This document shows positions 39,861 to 50,397 of a stretch of 64,000 nucleotides of DNA, one piece after another. The stretch comes from Lama guanicoe. Taxonomy: Eukaryota. Below the pieces are notes generated by a model. That model did no database searches, was not told the origin of the DNA, and saw only the letters and a list, made by a program, of their open reading frames with translations. The stretch's first letter is position 1. Every line of letters begins with the position of its first letter. A program made the position numbers and the translations under genes. The stretch is taken from assembly GCA_013239625.1 (NCBI GenBank), contig MU056050.1:1598084-1662083 (forward strand), given 5' to 3'.

Positions 39861-40273
39861 AACAGAGAAAATAGTATATGCTATTTGAACTATATAATAA
39901 TTTTTCCCTTCTAACTTTCCTCCATGGAATTATAGGATTATAGTCTCCCACAAAGTTCAATACAAAGCCAGACACTGAGCAGGTGCTCAAATACAGTTGT
40001 TGACTTGATTTAATTTGCATACACCCTACCTCAGCAACAGCCACCCGCAACAACCACCTGGGCAAGGAGAATGGGAAGGAAGGGGGTGTTCATCTAGCTT
40101 GACAGGGCAGGGCTGTAGTCTGCAAATTATCCCTGCTGTCAGCTAAGTTCCTTGAGCTGCTAAGCAGATGCCTGGAGAGAAGGTGGGCCTAAACCATTTG
40201 CAGAGGCGGCTTGGTTGTCATGACTGCGAATTGTGCTGCGGCAGAGCTGCCTTTCCTAAGCTCCCTCACTTAT

Positions 40274-41233
40274 TTCCTTCTCTGGAACTGTGCTGTGGCC
40301 AAGACACATCTGTGGTCCTGAAAGAAAAATGAGTCGAGTAGAGATGAAGGAGCTAGCTATTTCTTCACTGGAAATTTAAATAATAGGCAAAGCAGCTCTT
40401 CAATGCTGTACCCAATTACAGCACAGCCCAATCAGCTGCCATTTGTTGGAGTAAATGGACTATTTAGGGTGTATTTTAAAATAGGGCTTGCATCTCCTAC
40501 TAAGATGATTTTTACCGTACAATAGTGCCATATTGTTGCTGTATTTAAAGTACTCATTTTGAGAGTACAGGGACTGTGACAGCAACTTAGGAAAAACTTT
40601 TCCACTTGCCACTTTATCATATGTCCTCCATAAGGATGAATGCCCATTTTGCTCTCTGAACAGGAAAATGGATTCATCCACAAGCACTTAACCTGATTTT
40701 TCCACTTTACACCCCATCAGAAATATACATTGCCTAGGTCAGCATTGTCCCCACAGCCATCCCAGAGTTCTTGACACTGAAGGTGGTCTTTCCACTGAAA
40801 ACTTTAATGGTTTGGCCTTTGAGGCCCAAGAGATGGCTTTGGTGACCAAATGCAGAACTGTAAAGAGTGCAAAATACAGCAGAAGAAAGGCAATGTCTAT
40901 TTTGGGCTGGTTGGGCAATTTTTCACTCCCAGGAGCTGCATCTTTACCTAGGCAAGATTGAGCCCCATTTATAGAATCCAGAAGGCTATAGATCAGGCTA
41001 TACAGGCCTTGTAGTGGGTTACAGAGACTTAAATCCCAGCCCCAGCTCTGATGCTAACTACTTGGGCAATCTTGGACAAGTTACTTTATCTCCTTAGATC
41101 TTAGTTTTCCCACTTGAAAAATTATGAGGGTAGAAATGATGCTCTCCATCTTTCTCCTGGAATGATCATAGATTCCATTCCTACTCCTACGCTTAGGCAG
41201 ATGCCTCCATCTGTTGACTTACCTTTTCACTTT
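40274..41233 (-). pseudogene. Four candidate exons: 41233-41223 (11 nt), 40857-40734, 40655-40516, 40317-40274
   Basis: Strong acceptors ctctcatcctccttacag, ttttgcactctttacag, ccattttcctgttcag, atttttctttcag. Donors AAG|GTAAGT, TAG|GCAATG, ACG|GTAAAA, GAA|ATAAGT. The joined frame has two TGA only. Confidence 0.65.
41010..41170 (+). mobile_element. MIR fragment
   Basis: cccagctctgatgctaacta...cttggacaagttactt...ttagttttccc. Confidence 0.7.
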
Positions 41234-41517
41234 CTGTAAGGAGGATGAGAGGTGGAATTAAAAACCTATCCTTCACCTCTGCCCCACCATATCCCTAACC
41301 CCCCAAGGTTGTCTGGTCTGGCTAATTGCCAGACCTATTACTTATGTCTTATTGAGCATATTTCCCTAGTATCCCTGCTCAGTAAAAAGGTTTCTGGGTC
41401 CACAGTAATACTATTTTCCATGGTATTCTTTCTAAAGGAGGATAAAAGTGGAGGCTATCTATAAATGAAGATGAGAGTCCTGGAGGCCAGACTTCCTTAA
41501 GGGCTATAAAAATAAAT

Positions 41518-41740
41518 TTGGGAGTTTGAGATTTACAAATGTTAGCCACTATACATAAAAATAGATTTTAAAAAGTTTCTTCCATATAGCACAGGGAACT
41601 ATGTTCAATATCTCGTAATAACCTTTAATGAAAAAGAATAAGAAAACGAATATATGTATGTATATGCATGACTGGGACATTGTGCTGTATACCAGAAATT
41701 GACACATTGTAGCAGACAGTACTTCAATTAAAAAAAAATA
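41518..41740 (+). mobile_element. Short young L1 3' end
   Basis: tgggagtttgagattt...gcacagggaactat...ccagaaattgacacattgta...acttcaatt plus A-tail. Confidence 0.9.
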
Positions 41741-43218
41741 ATCAACTGGTTTGAAGTGCCTTACTCTCCAGTGCCTTCTGCTATCTCAATGAGAATGCCT
41801 CTTGATATGGAGGTTGGGAGGCTTTGCCTTGATTTTAAATGGCAGCATTCAGACACTGACATTCTAAAACATCAATGTTTTTAAATGCATGCTTCTAGAA
41901 ATGCATATACAGCTTTTAAATACATTTTTTTAGGAACAGCTCTAATGGTGACAATATGCATTCAATTATTTGCTTGTAACATTGTCTTGAGAAGTTTTTT
42001 TTTTTGAGTAAGCCAATCATCTTTTGACATTTCAGGGGTCTCAGATATTTAAGCTGTTTAAAAGACAACTCTCCATTTTTTTCTCCTCTATTTCAGTTAC
42101 CCAGGCGCAAGAACATTAGCCTAGAGTGTTCTAATTGCTTAGCTTCCGGAGCTGCAGTGGCAGCCAATCAGGGTTATGTTATAGAAAACGAAGTGCCTCT
42201 TAGGTCTTTGGAAAGGCAATTTCAAATTTTTCCATGGTACATTTTTTATTATGTTTTCTTCATGTTATTTTAGATAACAATTTGATTTAAATAATATTGC
42301 TTGCTGTAGACTACAGCATGGATTTCGAATGCCAGACTCTGGATTAATTCTCTCATTCCACAATAACCCATTTCCTGCCTTTTTAGAGAGCATTTTAAAA
42401 TATCTTCATTTAGCTTTCTATTGAAGAAGGAGGAGGGGAGTGGGGTGAAGGGAAAGCTCACAGAAAGAGAATTTCTTAACAAAAAAAGGCTGTTGGAGGT
42501 GGAGGAAAGAAAGAGAAGATTTAAACTGTAATATGAAATGGAAGTGTTCTGAAAATAAGAGGCAAAGCATTTCAATTTTTTTCTGGTCTATAGAAAATCG
42601 ACCAAAAAGCAAAATGACATTATTTGAGTGTAGGCAGGAAGGAAGATTATCAAAAGTACCACTTGTAGGCGTACATTTATTCTTAAGAAACTGACCTGCT
42701 ATATTCAGATAAAAACTTGTAGCTCCACTGGGAAAGGGACTTCAGAAACATGCTAATCATTTGCTTGAGCCCAGGGGAGCTCTTCTTTAGGGTTTGCACA
42801 TGTCTCCCATGACCCATACTTTGAAACAGACACCAAATTCTAGGTCATAATTACAGGAAGCAGCCACCTGCTTAACTTCAGTGTCTTGGTCACAAATTAG
42901 TATCTGTTTAACAGCTCTATCTTTTAAAGAACATATAATGTCTAGGAGAACATAGACACAAGCCTCATTTACAAAATAAATCTTAATTTGGGGCCCTTGA
43001 GTTGAGGACAGTGGAGAAGGGATTAGTGGGTCCTAATGACTACAACCTAGAAAGCAATCTGGTTGGAAAAGACATCAGGATAGAAAAAGGAAAGGTTTCT
43101 TCTTTCTTTCCTTTCCAGGTTATTTTGGATTCAGATTCCATCGGGCTCCCTACTGATGAGAGAACTCTGATATTAATTACCCTGAGAAGCTGGGTGCACA
43201 TTTCTCTACTCCTTTCAC

Positions 43219-45189
43219 CTTATTCTAATATTCCTATCATCATTTCTGAAGGATCTGCATGCTGTTCTATGCCCTGACTTCAAGCAGTTAATGTTTCCAT
43301 AACTTAAATGCAGCAAAGGACTTTCTAATAGAAAGAATCTTAGGTTTCAAATTCAAGAGTTATATGAAAATAAATCTATGTTCTCAGTGTACTTTTGCCA
43401 GTTTGAATGTTGGTGTTTGGGATTTCCCCAAAATGAAACCAATCAGTACTGGCTGCAAACAAGTATCTGTACCTAGTTTCTGATGTCAAGCAAGAAGGCA
43501 AGAGAAAAGGTGGGTATCTTGGAAAGAGGGTGAATAGAAGTCGTGGAAAAGGTGTCAACAGGCACGTGAACAGTTAGAGCAGGTGAGGGCCTACTTCCCG
43601 CTTCCCTTTCTGACATCCCAAACCAATTCTTGGTCTGTTTCTTTGGCAGACAATGCCTTCACATTGCATGCAGCAAGTCCTCAAACTCAGATTTTTCTCC
43701 CTTCACTTCTTCTCCTCACTAGCACTAACACTAACTATAATGTAGCTCCCTCTCTCCAAATAAAAATTTCCTTTCCACTAGGCTCTTGTTTCAGGAACAA
43801 AAAGTCAAAGGATCTGGTATCACTCACTAATCTAAAATAACTATATCAGGCCTGAATTTGTGATGTACACTGTACATTTATAAATCTTTAAAGATGGTAT
43901 TTCATATATTGACTGTGGATTGGGGGACTTGGGAGGGTTAGGGGAGAGGTTTCCTGCCACTCTTCATATTCAGTTCTTATTCTGCCTATATGTGGTAGCA
44001 GCTCTGCTGCAAGCCAGATAGTTTCTGAAAATGACAAGCCCATGATAAATTCTGTTTGCCAAGCTGAATTATAGAGTGTGGACTGGGGCATGCGATGGGA
44101 CTAAGCCTTTGATTGATTTTCCACTACATAAACTATTCCTCCCTGATTTCTTTTCCTTGGAATTTATAAAATGGAGGGATCCCAGATGCTTTTGCTTTTT
44201 ATCCTATTCGATTTTCCATTTTGATTCGTACACACCAACAAATGGTTCTAGGATACAGGTTCCAGCAGTTTTTAACTTTAACCTCCTCCCAGAAAAAAAA
44301 AAAAAAGAAGAAGAAAAATAATAAGAAAAGAAAGAAAAAGAAAGAACCATAGCTTTACTTTCTATGAAAAACAAGTCCATTCATATTTGTATTATGTATA
44401 TAATTTTGAAAAGTCAATTCCTCTCTAAGAGAGCATATTAATCATAGCATGGGTAATAAGGATATTTCATCTGTTTGAATTAAGTTGTTTGAATTAAGCA
44501 CAGTTGATTATTTCCATCTGTTTCAGTTGTTTGAATTAAGCACAGTTGATTATTTCCATTTATCTATTTTGGGGTTCTACCACTCAAAAAGGATGTGACA
44601 AAATGGAGTGAAATATTAATGCAAAAAAGGACAATTCACAGATATGAACCTGCTTTTAAATCATCATTTTTCCAGGTTTCCCAAGGTTATCAACAATCAT
44701 TTTCTTGACTTTCCCACTGTACTCTTCATTCTTCCCTTCCTCCTTCCTCATGGAAACCTGTTTCTTTTCCTTTTGACCTACAACTTGCTAGTAGTTCACA
44801 TATTTAGAACATTTTTTTTTTTGTCTAAACAGAACAGATAGTCTAGATACGGTGTGGCTACTGGGAATTATTTATCTACAGGGAGATCTGGTGCTCTTCC
44901 ATTTGAAAGGGGTAATTTCACATAGGCTTTTATATGTCATAATAGAAAGTCAATATTCTTACCTACTCCTTTGGTCTCTAAAGTAAATGAATCTATTTCT
45001 AATCAGCAATATATAATAATGGCCTGCCAGCCCTCATTTTTTTTAAAGTATGAACTCCAAATTATGTGCCATCTAGTTAAGAGAAGCAATTTTCAGGAAA
45101 GTTACAGAGCTGTAATATTTAGTTCCTCCTTTTCTCAAATACTTACAGTGGTCATTTCTTATTTGCTCCTCTGCTTCAATTCCTTCATC
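43219..45189 (-). pseudogene. Upstream candidate exons: 45189-45147 (may start near 45265), 44977-44963 (15 nt), 43324-43219
   Basis: Donors ACT|GTAAGT, TAG|GTAAGA, AAG|GTGAAA; acceptors ttcatttactttag and attctttctattag. Phases match the downstream chain. Confidence 0.5.
44483..44559 (+). repeat. Perfect 35-bp direct repeat (period 42)
   Basis: AGTTGTTTGAATTAAGCACAGTTGATTATTTCCAT at 44483-44517 and 44525-44559. Confidence 0.95.
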
Positions 45190-45484
45190 CTAACAGGACT
45201 TGAATTTCTCAGTCACAAGATTTGGGTGGGATTGACTCCACTTCCAGATACATCTCCAAGAGGACCTTAATTGGATTAAGGCAATTAATGTATCCTCTCC
45301 CTTTGGAGATAATATTTTTGGCCCAGAGATGAACATATGAAAAAGTGATCTATTTATATTTGAAGAAACACTCACTGAGGGTTTCTGAAAAAGAAAATTT
45401 CCTCTAATTTCAACAGAAGACACATAAAAATAAGTTCTCTCTCACACACTAAATATGAACAAAAAAGCTCATAAACCCAGGAAC

Positions 45485-45680
45485 TATAGGCAGCCATCTT
45501 TGGATTTAGAATGAGTCAATTTTAGAATGAAGGTGATATCATGGAAAGAAAAGTGGAGTCAGAAGTAAAAGAGACAGTCCTTTGTTATTGACCTGGTAGA
45601 TCATAGGTTATGCCTGAAGCATAACCTACCTCTAGAATTTAAGTTATATGTGCCAATGATGTGTCTTTATTTTTAAACCA
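45485..45680 (+). mobile_element. Possible old MLT1 LTR fragment
   Basis: ggcagccatctt...atgcctgaagc...acctacctctagaattt. Confidence 0.45.
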
Positions 45681-46129
45681 TCATAATGAGAACTATGCTG
45701 TTCCTGTACCTGTTTTTACTTTCAGCTGAAAGCAAAATCAGTGAAACATACTCTAAGGTGAATTATGGGAAGAACTTGAAACAGAAACATAGTAACTACA
45801 CAAGCTTTGCTCCTACACAATCACCTGCATTAAGACTAATTTTAATGTTATGAACACAACCTTTTTCAAGGGTTTTTACTTAAAAAATATAATAATATGA
45901 AGATCCTTCTATACTTACTATAAAAATGTCCCCCAAAGACATTGCTTGTTATATAATTCATCTATCTTTATACTGGGTCCCACATGAGAGGGTTCTTTTA
46001 GAACTTAACAGCATAATAACTCATATTTTTCTGGAAAGATTGCTGAATAATCTCTTGTCTCATAATCTAAACTGTCATTCATCAGCGTTCTCTTTGTATA
46101 CTAATAAGAAGATCTGAGATAAATAATGT

Positions 46130-46280
46130 TATAGCATCTTAACAATGTTTCCTGCTTCCAACTTTGATCCACTTTAACTTATATACAGCAGCCAGTTACC
46201 TTTTTAAAATGTGATTCAGATCATATCACCCCTCTGTGCAAAGCTCTCCAATGGAGGCTCCGCTTGTGCTTAGTGTGCAA
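46130..46280 (+). mobile_element. L2 fragment (left part; resumes at about 61580)
   Basis: acagcagccag...tttttaaaatgtgattcagatcatatcacccctctgtgcaaagctctccaatgg. Confidence 0.75.
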
Positions 46281-46289
46281 AAAACAAAA

Positions 46290-47170
46290 CTTAAGAGAAC
46301 CTTGCTGTCATGTAATACTGAGAAAAGACTGCATCATTACAAAATAATGGTTCTTGACCCCATCAGAAAGTTAAGGTCTCAAGGCAGGAGACTTGAAGAA
46401 CACCCTCTCTGTGGCACAGGCATACAGGAGATGACTGGATTCCATTTGGGGACAGCATAAAACAGCATCTCCTTCCTTGGACATTCTCTTATATGAAGCA
46501 AACTCTGTAACCACTTGGGAGGGGTAGAAAAACACTCCTGTTCCCAGGGTTCAAAAGCAGAGATCAATTGCTTTGGGAAAAAGGTAGACGCTAACCAGTC
46601 TTTCTCTGAGGAAGGGTAGGAAACACTCACTCTTCAAGAATATGAGAAAAGATATGCTATTTCTGGGAAATGTAAGACACAAAAACTCTACACTCCTAAG
46701 GGAGGGACAGGGAACACTCACTCTTGGATCCAGGGTCTTATACCAATACAAGACAGAGGAGAAGAAATTCCTTCCCACTCAAAATCTGCCATAGATACAA
46801 GGCAGAGTTTAGATGCAACAAGAAGGTGAGGAAGCAATGCTGAGAAAGACTGACCCCCAAAACCCAGATGCACAGGTCATGCTAAAGACTGAGGCTGGTC
46901 CTGGAGAACCCAGAAAAACTTCTGTCCCTGTGAAAAGCCTAGAATAGGCTAACAAGCAATAGAAGTCTTCCTGTTTCCTTCCACTGGTTGAGAGGGCAAG
47001 TGCTTGGAGAGAAATCCTTTCTGTGGAACAGAGGGTGGAGAATAAACATTGAGGAAGTTCAATTCTCACTCTAAGCACAAGGTAAAAGCTATTTGATGCC
47101 TCTGGTTTACTGAAGGTAAAGACAGCAACAGGTATACCAAACCTAGCTCAATTTCTGACTTTACTGACCC
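46290..47170 (+). mobile_element. Old L1M 5' region (resumes about 48230-48465)
   Basis: Similar in style to 16645-17340; continues after intervening inserts into ORF1-start-like text. Family assignment is from memory. Confidence 0.55.
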
Positions 47171-47637
47171 AGTATTCTGTCAAGAAAAGTTGATCATATT
47201 TCCAGTAAAGAAACAATGACTCTTGTTAGATTCAGAAAATATATTACATACATACAACTGCAAGAGCAGCCAAAGGTGCCAGCTCCCTGTTTCTCTTGTC
47301 CCACAGGACAATGACACAAAAACTTCAAATGGCTGCAGCACAAATGGTGATATACAGCCTGTCCCATAGTGAAACTAATTAGTATTATATCCTATAGATC
47401 TACCCTGAAGAGGGCGAGACAGAAAGCTTCATACCTCATCAGAATCTGGGAGGCAATGAGAACTGTTTCATGACAGCCCCTAGGAAGATAGGGAGGCAAG
47501 TGAGAAATGGTTTAGTAGCAGCTGGTCACAAGTTTCTCACGCTGTCATGTTTCAGAAGGATCACAGAGCATTCTGCAAAGAACTAGAGCAGCTCAAGTTA
47601 AACCTGGCTATATGGCCTATGTGAATAAGTGTAAGGT

Positions 47638-48182
47638 GGTGGGTTAGACTGTTTATTTGAGATTGTTCTTCTTTTTTGAGGAAGGCCTATATCACTATAA
47701 ACTTCCCTTTTAGCACTGCCTTTGCTGTTTCCCATAAATTTTGTGTGGTTGTGTTTGCATTTTCATTTGTCTCAAGGTATTTTTTACTTTCAACTTTGAT
47801 TTCATGATTGACACATTGGTTTTTTAATAGCGTGTTGTTTACTCTCCATGCTTTCCTTTTTTTCTCCTTTGTTTCTCTGTAGTTGATTTCTAGTTTCATG
47901 GCATTGTGGTTAGTAAAGATGCCTGAGATAATTTCTATCTTCTTAAAATTGTTGAGGCTTCTATTGTGCCCAAGTACATGATCAGTCCTAGAAAATGTTC
48001 CATGTGCACTTAAAAAGAACGTATATCCTATTTTGGGGGGGTGTAATGCTCTGAAAATATCCACCAAATCTAATTTTTCTACTGTATCATTTAATTTCTC
48101 TGTTGCCTTATTTATTTTCTGTCTGGAAGATCTGTCTAGTGATGTTAATACGGTGTTAAAATCTCCGACAATGATTATATTC
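47638..48182 (-). mobile_element. Isolated young L1 ORF2 endonuclease fragment with 14-bp TSD
   Basis: ORF 47687-48238 has APE-type EN motifs IIVGDFNT, YTFFLSAHGTFSRTDH, NHNAMKLEIN. Flanks AATAAGTGTAAGGT (47624-47637) / AATAAGTGCAAGGT (48183-48196). Confidence 0.92.
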
Positions 48183-50397
48183 AATAAGTGCAAGGTTATC
48201 AGGGCACTAGCATAGAGCTGTTCCCCTATACACCCCATCCTAACAGCTTAACAGAAGAAAAGACTTGTCTCTTTCTGGGCATAAATGCTATTTATATCAC
48301 TTTTTACTGTTCCTAAACACAATGTCCATAATTAAATTAAGAATTATGACACATTAAAAAAAAGGAAAAAACCCAACCTATTGTCAAGAAATAATGCAAA
48401 CAATAGAATGTGATTCAGAGATGACACAAAAGTTGGAACTATCAAACAAGTTATTTTAAAAATCTATCATTCACAGTAAAGCAGAAATTAAGACATTCTT
48501 AAGTAAACTAAAGCTGAGGAGTTTGCCACTATAGATTTGCCCTAAAAAAAGCTAAAAGGAGACCTCCAAGCTTATATGAAAGAATATTAGACATTAACAC
48601 AAAGACATATGGAAAAATACAATAGTAAAGGAAGCTGCACATTTCAGTACAAAAACCAGTAACATTGCATATTTGGTTGGTAATCTTTATATTTTCCTAC
48701 ATGATTTAAAAGGAAAATGCATAAAACAACAATTATAAAGCCATGCTAATAAGCATGAAAGGTATAAAGATGTAATTTGTGACAATAACAACATAAAGGG
48801 AGTTAAGGAAGTCTAAAAGAGTAGGTGTATACTATTGAGTCGAAGCTGGTATCAATTCAAACTCGACTGTTACAAAGTTAAGATGTTGATTGTAATACAT
48901 GGGGTCACCACTAAGAAAAAAACTAAAAAAAAAAATTAATACAGAAAAAGAAACTGGATTAAATCAAAATAGTACACTAGAAAAAAAATCAGTCACAAAA
49001 TAAGTCAGTAATGGAGGAACTGAAGAACAAAAAGGGTAAATGACATGTAGAAAAGATAGTAAAAATTATAGAAGTATGTCTTCCCTTATAAGTAATTACT
49101 TTTAATGCAAAGGGATAAACATTCCACAAAAGACAGATCTATTTACAGAATGGATGAAAAACATGATCCAACCATATGCTGTCTATAAGAAATGCACTTT
49201 AGACCCAAAGACATAAGTAAATTGAAAGTGAAAGGAGGGAAAAAAATATATGCCATGCAAACAGTAACTAAGAGAGCCGAAGTAGATTTACTAATATCAG
49301 ACAGAATAAATTTTAAGTCAAAAAATTACAAGAAACAAAAAAGTTCATTAAATATTAATAAAATATTCAATTCCCCCCAAAATATGGCAATTATAAACAG
49401 ATATGCATCAAAGAACAATGACTTAAAATGACAAAAACTAACAGAATTGAAGGGAACTATGGAGTTCTATAATGACAGTTGGAGAATTCAATACCCCATT
49501 CTCAATAATGGACAGAACAACTACACAGAAGATCAATTAGGAAGTTAAAAACTTGAAAAACTCTGCAAAACACTTAGAGCAGACATATATAGCACATTCT
49601 ACCCAACAGTAGAATATACGTCATCTCAAGTGTATATGGGACATTCTCCAGCATAGGCCATCTGCTAGAATGCAAAATGAGTTCTAATAAATTTAAAAGA
49701 TTGAAGTCATACAAAGTGTTTTCTCTGACCACAGTGGAATTAAACTAAAAATCAATAAAAAGGAAAACTGAACATTCACAAATATATGGAAATTAAACAC
49801 ACTCTTAAACAACCAATGGGTCAAGGATAAATTACAAGTGAAATTAGAAAATACTTTGAGATAAATAAAAGCAAAAACATAGCATATAAAAACCAATGGA
49901 ATGCAGCAAAAGCAGTACTCAGTGGAAAGTTTACAGCTTCCTAAGCTTTTATAGCTTTCTAAGAGCATACATTAAAAAAGATCCCAAATCAATATCTCAA
50001 CTTTATATCTTAAGGACCTAAAAGAGCAAACTAAACCCAAAGCTACAAGAGGTAGAAAATAATAAATTACAGTAGAGATAAATGATATAAAGAATAGAAA
50101 AAACATAGAATCAACAAAACCAAAATTTTGTTCTTTGAAAAGATCAATACACTTGACATACACTTAGCTAGACTAACAAAGGAAAAAGAGAAAAGATGGG
50201 AATAAGTAAATAAAAATGAAAGTTCTAAAAAATATAAAAGAATACTAAGAACAATTATATGTCAAGAAATTAGATAATCTAGATGAAATGGACAAATTCC
50301 TAGAAACACTCAAATTATCTAAGTAACTCAAGAAGAAATATAAGATAACAGATCTATAACAAATAAAGAGATTGAATCTATAATCAAAAATTTCCCA

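Larger units (their letters stand above)
7754..45189 (-). pseudogene. Putative decayed multi-exon (unprocessed) protein-coding gene, family unidentified
   Basis: About 27 minus-strand segments in unique DNA bounded by pyrimidine-tract/AG acceptors and GT(R)AG-type donors. They join in phase over two runs of about 460 and 449 codons with 13 and 18 stops, mostly TGA. Six splice sites carry single substitutions. Confidence 0.7.
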
